Source of the DNA: a virus
Lineage: Duplodnaviria > Caudoviricetes
Virus record (IMG/VR): IMGVR_UViG_3300032282_002104
Coordinates: 1 to 62,860 of that record
Strand: one strand, 5' to 3'
Length of the DNA stretch: 62,860 bases
Translations under genes and position numbers: made by a program
In this document: positions 35,366 to 48,100 of the stretch, piece after piece
How the letters are laid out: every line of letters starts with the position of its first letter
Numbering within the stretch: position 1 is the stretch's first letter
Notes under the pieces: model-generated
What the model was told of the DNA's origin: nothing
Seen by the model: only the letters and a program-made list of their open reading frames with translations
Database searches by the model: none

Positions 35366-35746
35366 ATGGCCACATACAAAGGATTCAACACTCAGGACGA
35401 ACATCATAAGTTCAGAACAACAGATTTTGAGCTTATTAAGCGTGATTTGCTAAATCATTTCAATATCAGATATGGTGAAAAGCTCATGAAACCTACTTTT
35501 GGATGCGGCATTTGGAACTATTTGTTTGATCCGTTTACTAATGATGTTACTGATAACATAGTAAAAGAAGTTAAAGCAATTATAGATTATGACCCCAGAG
35601 TAAATGCCGACAACATCATAGTAGTTGGCTATGAACACGGCATCCAGATAGAGCTTGATATAAGCCTAGTGAACACCAATCAAACTAGTAAAATGATATT
35701 TCAGTTTGATAAAAACATTGGTGCAGCCCTGGCCCTGAGCCTTTAA
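35366..35746 (+). CDS. gp25: Baseplate wedge subunit (gp25-like)
   Basis: GEKLMKPTFGC.IW..LFDP and DPRV motifs. Confidence 0.88.
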   Translation: MATYKGFNTQDEHHKFRTTDFELIKRDLLNHFNIRYGEKLMKPTFGCGIWNYLFDPFTNDVTDNIVKEVKAIIDYDPRVNADNIIVVGYEHGIQIELDISLVNTNQTSKMIFQFDKNIGAALALSL

Positions 35747-35790
35747 AGTACCATATATTCGCAACCATAAATACTAGAAATACATAAACC

Positions 35791-38700
35791 ATGGCAGAAA
35801 TCACTAGACAACAAAATTTATTAGTAGCTGAAGACTGGAAGAAAGTTTACCAGAGCTTCAGAAACGCTGACTTCCAGGCTTACGATTACGAAACCCTGCG
35901 CAAAGCCATGATTGATTACCTCAGAACATATTACCCTGAGGACTTTAACGACTTTATTGAATCTAGCGAATACATAGCCCTAATCGACCTCATTGCATTC
36001 TTAGGTCAGAGTTTGGCTTTCAGAGCAGATTTAAATGCTCGTGAAAACTATATTGATACAGCAGAACGCCGTGATAGTATTCTGCGTTTAGCCCGCTTGA
36101 TCAGCTACAATGCAAAACGCAACAAAACAGCAACTGGTTTCCTTAAGTTTGAGAGTGTTAGCACTACTGAAAGTATTTCTGACTCAGAAGGTATTAACTT
36201 AGCTAACCGTGTAATTAATTGGAACGATACTACCAATCCAAATTGGTCAGAACAATTTATCACTGTGCTGAATGCTGGTATGGTCAAAGGTCAGCGTACA
36301 GGTAAACCTGGTAACAGCACGACCATTAACGGTATTAAAAATGACGAATATAAAATTAATCTGTCTGCAGGTACAAATAATATATTCCCATTTCAAGCAC
36401 AAGTACAAGGTAGCAATGTAAACTTTGAAGTAGTTGGAGCAACAACACAAAACCAAAGTTATGTTTACGAAGTAGCACCCAATACTACTGGTACTTTTAA
36501 TATTCTATATCGTAATGACAATCAGGGCAATGCTAGTAACGATACCGGATGGTTCCTGTACTTCAAACAAGGTACACGCAAAGCTCTTACATTAAATCTA
36601 GCAGAGAGTTTGGTTAACCGTGTTGTAAGTGTAAACGACGACAATATTAATGATTCAGACCTTTGGGTTTATAAAGTTGACAACAATGGTTTAGTTAATG
36701 AAGCCTGGACACAAGTTCCTAGCGTTGGCGCAAGTAATGTAGCCTATAACAAGTTAAGTCAGACTAACCGTAAACTATACGAAGTAAACACCAGACTGAA
36801 TGATCAGATTGATTTAGTATTTGGTGATGGCGTGTTCTCAGAAATTCCACAGGGTAATTTTAGAGTTTATTACAGAACCAGTAACAACCTTACCTACAAA
36901 ATTACACCTGATGAAATTACCAACGTCAGTTTTAGTTTCCCATATCAGAACAAAAACAATCGTACTGAAACACTTACTGTAGTTGCTAGTTTAAAGTATA
37001 CTGTAGCCAACGGTATGGCTCGTGAAACTATTAACGAAATTAAAACTCGTGCGCCACAACAGTACTACACACAAAATCGTATGGTCAATGGTGAAGATTA
37101 TAACATTGTACCTTTTACACAGTTTAGTAACATCTTAAAAGCCAAGGCTGTTAACCGTACCAGTTCAGGTATTAGCCGTTTCTTAGATGTGTTGGATACT
37201 ACAGGAAAATACAGTAGTACTAACATTTTCTGCCAGGATGGTATATTGTTTGAGAAAAGCAGAATACAAAGTTTTGATTTTGAATGGACCACAACATCAG
37301 ACATTCAACAAGTTATTGAAGGTGATTTAACTAGTATTCTTATTAGCAAACAGTTATTGCATTTTTACTATGCTAACAGCGCACGATATGTGCCATCTGC
37401 TCTAACTTATTTTAAACAATCAACTATTGAATCTAATAAGTCATCAGGTATGTTTAACAATGCCATTAATGGTTTAGGTGCAGACTATGCGGTTGGTCCA
37501 TTAGCCTCTGACACCTATCTTAAAAATATTAAAGTGGGTAGCGTAATTAAATTTTATGCTGGGGTTGGAAAGTATTTTGATAATAACCGAGTAATCCAGA
37601 CAGGTACCATAACCAACGAAGGTGAAGTAACTTATATCTATGCTACTGTAGTAAGTTTAGATGGTGATGGTGTTTATGATACAACAGAATTATCAGTTTA
37701 TAAAGTTGGCCCAGTAGTATTCAACGACATTATTCCAACTGGTGCCCAGGTAGTTGAAATTATACCATCGTTTACTAATTCACTTACTAGTTTAGTAAGA
37801 CAAGATATAACAACTAAAATCCGTGAGTACAAAGATTTTGGACTTGGATACGATCAGGTTAACTTAGCTTGGTATTTGATTAACGCAGAAGATTTAGATA
37901 CCACATCTGATTTCAGCCAAACTTATGCTCAGAATACAAGTACATCCAATTTGGATGCAAGCTGGGTAATTAGATTTGAAACTGATGGCAATATCTACAC
38001 TACTTACTACAGAACATTGGACTATTATTTTGAGTCAGAATTAGAAACAAGATTCTACTTTGATAAAAATCAAAGAATTTATGATCCTGCATCTGGATAT
38101 GTTATTACAGACACTGTTAATGTGTTAAGATTTAATACTCAACCAGATAGTGCTACTCCGTTCTATAGTAATATTCCCTTACGCATTTATGACAATGTAG
38201 TAGAGGATGATGGCTTTGAAAACAACAAAAAAATTCGTGTAACCTATAACGATTTTGATGACGATGGCATTCCTGATAATCCAGATTTCTTTACGGACAT
38301 TGTTAAGCCATTAGTAAGTCCAACTACTAAGCGAATTTATTACGAAATTACAAATTCTGGTAATATTCCAATGCCTGCTGGTACGGTTGTGACAACATAT
38401 TCAACCCTTGCTAGTATTAATACTAATAAAACTCGGTATTTAAATGGCACGGTATTTTATGCTGAAACAGATGCTACGTTTTATGTATTAACCGTAAACG
38501 GAAGTTTAAGAACTGTTGCTGTAAGCACAGATTATACCTATGAAACTGGCCGTCAGAGCATTTACTTCCAGTACAGACATAACAGTCCAAATAATCGTCG
38601 TATAGATCCAGCACCAAACAATATTATTGATTTGTATTTGCTAACTAAAAACTATGATACTGATTACAGAGCTTGGTTATCTGACACAACCGGAAAAGTA

Positions 38701-39174
38701 AGTAGTCCAGTAGAAGCTACTTCTGAAGAATTACGATTAGAGTTTGAAGATTTAGAAAATTACAAAATGATTTCAGATACAATCATTTTTAACAATGTTC
38801 GTTTTAAGCCATTGTTTGGTGCCAAGGCAGACACAGAGTTCCAGGCTAAGTTTAAAATTGTAAAGTCAGAAGGCACCATGTTAAGCGACACTGAAATTAA
38901 ACTCAGAGCAGTTACATCATTGAATAACTATTTTAGCAATGAAAACTGGGACTTTGGCGAAACATTCTACTATACAGAACTTAGCGCATATATGCACAAA
39001 ATTTTAGCAGGTGCAGTAAGCAGTATTGTGTTAGTACCTAAAGATTCAAGTAAAACATTTGGAAGTTTATTCCAGGTTAACGCAGAACCAGATCAAATTT
39101 TCGTTAATGCAGCAACTGTTGATGATATTGAAATTATCGCAGCAATAACACCCAAGCAACTAAACCAGGCGTAA
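35791..39174 (+). CDS. gp6: Baseplate wedge subunit (gp6-like), 1127 aa
   Basis: DFNDFIESSE, E.YIDTA.RRDSI..LA..ISY, FGDG and QNRMVNGEDY motifs. Confidence 0.85.
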   Translation: MAEITRQQNLLVAEDWKKVYQSFRNADFQAYDYETLRKAMIDYLRTYYPEDFNDFIESSEYIALIDLIAFLGQSLAFRADLNARENYIDTAERRDSILRLARLISYNAKRNKTATGFLKFESVSTTESISDSEGINLANRVINWNDTTNPNWSEQFITVLNAGMVKGQRTGKPGNSTTINGIKNDEYKINLSAGTNNIFPFQAQVQGSNVNFEVVGATTQNQSYVYEVAPNTTGTFNILYRNDNQGNASNDTGWFLYFKQGTRKALTLNLAESLVNRVVSVNDDNINDSDLWVYKVDNNGLVNEAWTQVPSVGASNVAYNKLSQTNRKLYEVNTRLNDQIDLVFGDGVFSEIPQGNFRVYYRTSNNLTYKITPDEITNVSFSFPYQNKNNRTETLTVVASLKYTVANGMARETINEIKTRAPQQYYTQNRMVNGEDYNIVPFTQFSNILKAKAVNRTSSGISRFLDVLDTTGKYSSTNIFCQDGILFEKSRIQSFDFEWTTTSDIQQVIEGDLTSILISKQLLHFYYANSARYVPSALTYFKQSTIESNKSSGMFNNAINGLGADYAVGPLASDTYLKNIKVGSVIKFYAGVGKYFDNNRVIQTGTITNEGEVTYIYATVVSLDGDGVYDTTELSVYKVGPVVFNDIIPTGAQVVEIIPSFTNSLTSLVRQDITTKIREYKDFGLGYDQVNLAWYLINAEDLDTTSDFSQTYAQNTSTSNLDASWVIRFETDGNIYTTYYRTLDYYFESELETRFYFDKNQRIYDPASGYVITDTVNVLRFNTQPDSATPFYSNIPLRIYDNVVEDDGFENNKKIRVTYNDFDDDGIPDNPDFFTDIVKPLVSPTTKRIYYEITNSGNIPMPAGTVVTTYSTLASINTNKTRYLNGTVFYAETDATFYVLTVNGSLRTVAVSTDYTYETGRQSIYFQYRHNSPNNRRIDPAPNNIIDLYLLTKNYDTDYRAWLSDTTGKVSSPVEATSEELRLEFEDLENYKMISDTIIFNNVRFKPLFGAKADTEFQAKFKIVKSEGTMLSDTEIKLRAVTSLNNYFSNENWDFGETFYYTELSAYMHKILAGAVSSIVLVPKDSSKTFGSLFQVNAEPDQIFVNAATVDDIEIIAAITPKQLNQA

Positions 39175-39175
39175 G

Positions 39176-42100
39176 ATGGCAACTAGAACAATAACATTTT
39201 TACCACAGGTATTTCAAACTGATACTAATCGTAAATTTTTAAATGCTACATTAGATCAATTAGTTACTAACCCAAAATTTAAAAAGATAAACGGATTTAT
39301 CGGTAGAAAAACAAGTCCTGCTTTTAAAAGCACTGACAACTATTTGCCTGAGCCAACAACTCGTAAACAAAACTATCAGCTTGAACCTAGTGTTGTCGTA
39401 GATTCTTCTAGTGAATATTTTGTAGCAAACTTTGCTGATATTTTAGATAGTATTAACTATCACGGCGGTAATATCACCAATCAGGACAGAGTGTTTACTG
39501 ACGATAATTACACCTATGCTGGATTGTTTGATTACGACAAATTTATTAACTATAACCAATATTATTGGTTACCTAATGGACCAGACAGTGTAGATGTAAC
39601 TGCCGCAGCCATAAGCACCTCAGACAATCTTAGCGTTAGTCGTAATATAACTGACCAGGCTTATAACATAAGCGATTATTTTGAACAAAACCCAGTACTA
39701 ATTTTAGCTCGTGGTGGTACATATACCTTCCAAGTTAATCAGTCTGGATTTCCTTTCTATATTCAGGCACAACCAGGCACAAGTGGTGGTTATACCTGGC
39801 AACCAAGCATTAGTACCAGAGAAGTTTATGGTGTAGAAAATAATGGTACAGATGTAGGAACTGTTACATTTAATGTTCCATACATTACAGCTCAGAACTG
39901 GCAAATGGAATTGCCAAATTATACTAATGTTGATTATGCTACAGATTTTACATTAGCTGATATAGCTAACAAGCCATTAAGTTATGTTCAGAAAAAATTA
40001 GGCGGTATTGATGGTGTAACTGACATCGCTAATAAGACTCTGGTATTTGTACACGGAAATACTTCTGATGCAGCCTGGCAAGAGCCTGGTATCTATGAAG
40101 ATTATACTGAAAATTACGATGGTGGATTGGGATACGATCCTGGCGCATTAATTACTGGCAACAATAGATCAGGTATTTTTAGAATTACTGTTGACTCAAA
40201 CTATGCTGTACCTATTGTTAAAATTAAACAAGTAGATGTAGTAACTGATGAATACAAAATTAAAATATTAACTGGTAACAAGTATGCTTACAGAGAATTC
40301 TACAAGGGTACAGATACTAACTACCTAGAAATATTACCACCATTAACTGCCCCATTAGATACCCTATTTTATCAGGATGGTAGCAATTCATCCATGGTTG
40401 GTACTATTAAACTTGTAGATGTCCAAAGTAATACTCCTATTGATGTAGAATTAGATATCTTAGGTAAAAAGACTTATACGAGTGTTAATAATGTAGTGTT
40501 TACCAACGGATTGAAGGTTCGTTTTGACAGTACAGTAAAGCCAGTACAATATCAAAACAACGAATATTATGTTGAAGGGGTCGGTGATGCCATCCGTTTA
40601 GCAAAAGTATTAGAGCTAGTTACTATAGAAGATTATATTGTTCCAGTAGTAACCTCCTGGGACAACTTGGGTTGGGATACTGAAGGTTGGGAAGCTACCA
40701 TAGGCGGACCTACCCAATTAGATTATCTAACTATTAATCGTGCTAGTATAGATCAGAATGCTTGGAGCCGAAGCAATCGTTGGTTCCATACCGATGTTAT
40801 TAGCGCAACTGCAACTTACAACAATAGTACAGTGATTCTGGATCAAACTGCCAGAGCAAAACGTCCTATTATTGAATTTAACTACGATCTGCAATTATTT
40901 AATAATGGTAGAGTAGCCAAAGCCAGTGTTAGCATATTAGATACCGAAATTACTGATGCGTTTAGCCTTATTGAAGGTACAACATCTTACTTTGCTGATG
41001 GTGTGCAGATGCAAGATGGTGATAGAGTTATTTTTGCTGGAGACACTGATCCAGATGTTAGAAATAAAATTTATGTTGCAAACATAGTAGATCCTTCAGG
41101 AGATGGTAGCAGTATTGAACATCTTACTTTAACAGAAGATGGCGAAGTTTCTGAATATGAAACTGTTATAGTTTACTATGGCGACACCAACAGTGGAAAA
41201 ACATTCTGGTACGACGGTTCTGTTTGGCAAGAAAGCCAACAAAAAACTACCATTAACCAAACTCCATTGTTTGACATATTTGATGACGCTGGTGTTTCAT
41301 ATTCTGACTCAAGCAAATACCCAGATTCAACATTTGCTGGAACTAAACTATTCAGTTACAAAGTTGGTACAGGTACCAGAGACCCATATTTAGATTTTGC
41401 ATTTACATATAAAAATTTACAAAACATTGGTGATATTACTTTTGAAAATAACTTTGATTTAGACAGTTTTGAATACACTCTAGACTCAGAAACCATAAAC
41501 TATAAGATTAATAATGGAACACTCAATAGTATAAATTCATTGACCTCTGTTACGTCAGTTACTTGTTGGATTAAATCCAAAGAAGATAGCAAGCAATATC
41601 AGTTACGCCAATACCTTGTAACTGATGCTACTCAAATAGATTACTATTTAGGCTATTCTGGTGAACCTAACCTAGAAGTAAACAACTTATTAATTTACAA
41701 AAATAGTACCGCATTAACAAGCACAGAGTACAGTATTGTAAGAACCAAGGGTAAAACTTATGCAAGGATTAATGTTGCATTAGCAGTTAATGACAGAATA
41801 GACATTAAGATTTACAGCAAGTTTGTCCTTAAAGATTACTATTATCAGGTTCCTGAGAATTTAGAAATTAACCCTGCTAACGAACAGTTTACTGTTTTAA
41901 CTCTAGGCCAACTTCGCCAACATGTAAGAGATGTATACGAAAAAAGCAAAGAAACCTATGGAATATATCCAGGCGCAAGTAATCTTCGTGACACTCCATT
42001 AATTAAAGATGTAGGCGGCAATATCCTACAACATGCTGGTAGCATGATTAGTGCGGGTCTATTCTTATGCCATCCTGAAATTAATTTTATATCTGCGTTG

Positions 42101-45100
42101 GATTTAGCAGCCAGAGAATACCAAAAGTTTAAAAATAAAATTGTAGATAGAGCAATAACACTTCCTGAAATAAATTACACAGATATTCCAGGCAGTCTGG
42201 ATGCTATTCTTTCTGACATAAACTTAGTTAAGAACGCAGATTTCCCCTGGTACTATTCTGATATGTTAGCATATGGCATAGAAAACTTAGTGGCCTCTCA
42301 GGAAATTATAATTGAAGATGATGCCAGAGCCATTTATAACTTGGAAACTATTTTTAGTTTAGATACACTAACACGTCAGAGTGTTCTAATTTATTTGAAT
42401 GGTGAGCAATTAACATACGGGCAAGATTATACTTTCCTGACTACTCGTCCAGCGTTTAGTTTAACAGACACAGTACTCAGAAGCGTAGATGATGTTTTAT
42501 TAATTAAAGAATATTCTACTACTAACGGTAGTTGGATACCAGAGACACCAACCAAGTTGGGTATGTATCCTGCTTTCAAACCAGTTAAGTATTTGGATGA
42601 AACATTTGTAGACCCAATTTATGTTATCCAAGGCCATGATGGTAGTATTACTCCTACATTTGGTGATTTTAGAGATGATATCCTTTTGGAATTTGAAAAG
42701 CGTGTCTACAATAATATCAAGGCCAAGTTTAGCCTAGACAAGGTGAGCATTTTTGATGTTCGTCCTGGTAAGTTCAGAGATAATAATTACACCTTAGCAG
42801 AATATAACAACATCATTGGTAAGAGTTTTGGTAAGTGGGCTGGTAGCCATCAGGTTAACTATTCAGAAACAACTGGGTACAGCTCAAACAATAGTTACAC
42901 CTGGAATTACAAGAGTATGTCTAATAAACTGGACGATACTTTATTACAAGGTAGTTGGAGAGCTATATTTGAACACCACTACGACACTACTCGTCCGCAT
43001 ACACACCCCTGGGAGATGCTAGGATTTAGCGATCAACCAGATTGGTGGGAAATGAGATATGGTCCAGCACCATATACTTCTGGTAACTTAGTATTATGGG
43101 AAGACCTTAAAGCTGGTAGCATATTTTCTGGTCCTAGAGCTGGTGTAGATTTGAGGTTTGCTCGTCCTAGCTTACTTGACATTATTCCTACAGATGATTA
43201 TGGTCAATTAAGACAGCCAGTGCAAATATTTGTTAAGAATTTTGATTCTAAGAAAACAAAAATTAGTTATGCCATTGGTGAAGTTGGTCCTGCCGAAGCA
43301 GCATGGCGCAGATCTTCCGAATATCCATTTGCATTAGCTAAAGCTATGGCTATAACTAAACCAGCTAAGTTTTTTGGTCACTTCTTAGACAACTTCAATT
43401 ATGTCTACGATAAAGATATTGAAGAATTTACTTACGCAGGACTAAAACGTAGAATTCAGATTACTGATTTGAAAGTAAATGATGCTGATACTCAGTTCAT
43501 TAGTTTAACTAACTATGTCAGAGACTTTCTAGCTGATTCTGGAATTACCCCATTAACTAAACTTACTCATGTTTACGATACATTGGGTGTTAAATTAAGT
43601 TACAATGTAAGCGGATTTACTGGTCTTGATTATATTAAGATTTTAGCAGAACAAGCCAGTCCTAATACAACAACTAACAGCGTATTAATACCAGACGATA
43701 ACTTAAATCTACATGTTAAAAAATCAGTACCTCAGAGCAAAGTTACCTATAGTGCTGTAATTGTTGCGCGGTTAGGTACAGGATATAAAGTTCACGGATA
43801 CAATTTAACAGACCCATATTTTACAATTATCCCTAGTACTGCAAATAATAATAAAACTGTTATTAATGTATTAGGTACAACTGCTACCATATATAACGAT
43901 TACGATGCAGTCAGAGTAACCATACCATACGGCACCGAGTTCGTTAACAGACAACAAGTAGTAGATTTCTTAGTAGGTTATCAGAGACATCTGTTAAGCC
44001 AGGGCATCTTGTTTGACGAGATTGATTCTGATTTAGGTCTAAGCAGAAACTTTGTATTAAGCGCTCATGAATTTATACTTTGGTCCAAACAAAACTGGAA
44101 CACCAATACAGTTATTGTTCTAAATCCACTAAGCAGCAGAATTAGAATTAAGTCTGATTATAAAGTAGTGGACACTATTAATAGTGGTAAGTTAGGGTCA
44201 GGTAAAGTATTAGATCCAAACTTTAACTATCTTAGAAATAATCAGTTGAGTGTAGTTAGAATAGGTAACGATTTCGTAGTTAATGCCATTAACGATCAAA
44301 GCATGGCCTTAGTAGAAATGAACCTGGTAGAATACGACCATTGTTTAGTATTTGACAATGCAACCATATTCAATGACACTATATATGAGCCAAGCACCGG
44401 AAATCGTCAGCAACGACTTAAGATGGTTGGTCACAAAACATTAGATTTTGACGGAAGTCTATATGCACCTGGATTCGTATATAATAGTGAAAATGTAGAT
44501 ACCTGGATGCCAGGCAAAGACTATAAAAAGTTTACTATTATTGAATTTAAAGATGCTTATTATGTAGCATCAGAAGATATTCCTGGTACTGATATATTTG
44601 ACTACAACAAGTGGCAACTAAGTACCAACCAAACTATAAAGTCTGGATTACTTCCAAACTTTAGTACCCTCGCAAGTAATTTACAAACTACTTACAATAC
44701 TTCAGATATCAATTTAGAGTCTGATTCAGATATCTACAGCAAGGGATTACTTGGTTTCCGTAAGCGTAATTATTTTGAAGATTTAGGTCTGGACGATACT
44801 AGTCAGGTTAAATTTTATCAGGGCTTTATCAAAGAAAAAGGTACGATAAAAAGCGTACAGGCTTTACTGGGTGCAGAATTTGATAAATTTACCACTGACA
44901 TTGACTTATACGAAAGCTGGGCACTCAGAGTAGGCGAATATGGTGCTACAGATATTAATCAGGTAATTGAAGTATTTGTTCCTGAAAAGCCCTTTGCTGC
45001 CAACCCAACTTATGCAGAATTTTTAAATGATGGTGATACTGAGCCAAACTTAAACTATTGGTTCAAACCAACCAGTACTGCTGAACACAAAATAAAATTA

Positions 45101-48100
45101 TTACCAAACAACTATGACAAGAACATATTCTTAACTACCAAGAATCTACTTAGATTAGAAAAAGAAATTAAAACTGCTGGCTACTTAAAAACAACCGACA
45201 TAGATGGTACTATTTTTGATATTGAAGCTATTGCCCTGGCAGATAAAGAAACATTCATTAACAGTATTGGCTCAGGATTTAAACTCTGGGTAGCTAAAAA
45301 AGCTAACAATGACTGGGATGTTTACAGAGCATCACAGAACAAGGCTGTAATTACCAAAGTTACAAATGCACTAGAGGGTTATGTTGAATTTACCACAGAC
45401 ATTCCACACGGATTAACTCTGGGAGATTTCGTTGTAGTTAAGAATGTCAGTACCAACTTTAACTATATCTACAAAGTTTATAATGTAAACAGCCTAACAA
45501 GTTTCTTAGTAAGCATTGACACTGGATTAATTGATCTAACAGGCTTTGAAAGCCAGGACGCTACTGGTGTATTGTTTAACTTACACACAGTAAGATTTAG
45601 CACTATTGCAGATTGGGCTGAATATACTCCTGCAGAAGGTTGGACTACTGACGACATAGTAGCTATTGATCAATGGGGTACAGATTATGTAGACTGGGCT
45701 GTTTGGAAAAAGACCGATAACTATCTACTTAATGATGGCATTACTAGACCAAGTGCTACATCAACTGAAAAGTTTGGTGAAAGTGTTGCATTTTTAGATA
45801 ATGGACAAGTATTATTGGCTGGGTTAAGTGATAGTGGAACCGGCAAAGTAGTTAGTTACTTAAACAAATCAGATAACAGTTCAATACTAGCTGATGTTAG
45901 TACTAACACAGATTTTTATGAATACAATGAGTCAGAAACTGTTACAGCAACTAACCTAGACAATTTTGGTAAAGTAATTAGTGCAAGTAATAATGCATGG
46001 TTTGCTGTGGGTGCTCCTGAATCTAATACGAGCAGTGGTTATGTATTCACATATAAGCGTACAAACACCATAGCAGACGGAAGTTCAGTTAGATTAGAAG
46101 TACAACAAGCATTTACTAGCGGTGTATTAGCAGCATCATTTGGTGCAGCATTATCTATTAGTTCGGACGCAAAATGGTTGTATGTTGGCCAACCTAACAG
46201 CATCTCTGGGGCAGTTTATGCTTATAGATTAGTTACCGGTGGAACAGCAGCAACTGGTACTTTAATTGGTGATGGATCAACATCAATTAAGGCTTGCCCT
46301 GTAAGTTTCAATAGTGCTTATCAGTTACAAATAACTGACACCACTGGTAAACTATATGTTTACTTAAAAGATTACACCATAAGCAGCACAAATATTGTGT
46401 TTACATCAGCACCAGCTGATGGGTTAGTTATTACAGTAAATGCATTATCAGAATATTATGTGTATAATGATACTATAAGTGATTTTGTATCATTTTCTGG
46501 TTTTGGTACATCGGTAAGCACTACCACAGATGGTGCTCAGGTAGTTATTGGTGCTCCAAGTTATGATTCAACTGCTACAAATAATGGTATCGTATATGTG
46601 TATGATAGAAGTATCAATGCTGAATTAGCTGATAGCAGCACATTAACATTCCAAGTATTACAGGGGTACACTGATTCAATAAATCCAAGAGTTACTGTAG
46701 ACGGCACAGAAGTTACTGTTAGTAGTTTTAGTACAGTAGCATCAACAAGCACCACAGTAGTATTAGCACAGGCCCCAGCATTAGGTTCAGAAGTTAGAAT
46801 TGAAACTAACAATTTCAGACTATTGAAAACTATTACTCCAGCTGATACTGAAGAAGGACAGGCGTTTGGTACTAGTGTATTAATTTGCCCAGCTAACTGT
46901 ACCATTTATGCCAGCGCACCAAATCAAGATAATGCGTTGGTTAGAAACACTGGTAGTGTATATCGCTTTACTAATTTAGGTAGACTGTATGGTGTTGTGA
47001 CTGGTACCGTGACTAGCCCAACAGTAACTGCAGGCCACAGAATACGCATAAATGATTACGAGGTTGAATTTACTGGCACATCATTAACTAGTGTTATTGA
47101 CGATATTAACAACGCTCTTATCCCAGGTATAACTGCAAGTAACAGTAGCAATAAATTAAAAATTACTTGTGACACTGAACTAGTAGCTAATAAACTGAGA
47201 ATTTTACCTGGTAATACTGGTACAGCATTAACTGATTTAGGTCTGGATATTTTCACAAACACACAGACAATTAAGAATCCTAATCCTTACGACAATGCTA
47301 ACTTCGGTAAAACTCTAGCACTTAAGAATACTGCTGATGTATTGTTTATTGGTTCTGATGTTGCTAATACTATAGAAATAACTACATTTGATGATAGTAC
47401 AACTAGCTTTGACCAAACAAGTATTGTGTTCAAAGACGAAATTATACAATCTGGTGCAGTACTAGTTTATGAATATATAGCAGAAAAAGTAGACAATACT
47501 GACCGCCCAGGATTCTTCATATTCAGCCAATACCTAGAACCAGGTAGCATGGCCAGATACGATCAATTTGGTGCAAGTATTGCTGCTTATGGTAATAATG
47601 TTGTTGCTGGGGCACTAGGATCAGATGTGTTTGGTGCCAATTATGGTGCATTATTTGGATTTAGAAATGTTTCAGAACGCAGCTGGGCCACAACTAGCAC
47701 TGCACCAGCTAAAGTTGATATTGACATCATTAATGAAGTAACTATCTACAACTACAGAACAAAGCTAAAAGTTCTTACTCTGGATATATTGGATCCAGCC
47801 AAAGGTAAAATCCTAGGATTAGCTTCACAAAACATTGATTATTCTAGTAGCTTTGATCCAGCAGTTTATGGCACCAGAGAAACAAAAAATCAGCTCTGGG
47901 GATCTACACAAATTGGTAAAATTTGGTGGAACACTAATACTGTCAGATACTTAGATTATGAACAATCAGATCTGGGATATCGTAGTGTAAATTGGGGCAG
48001 AGTATTCCCAGGCAGTAGCATTGATGTTTACGAATGGATTGAAAGCACAGTTCCACCAGTGGATTATATTGCTGCTGGCTACGAAGGAACACCATATAGC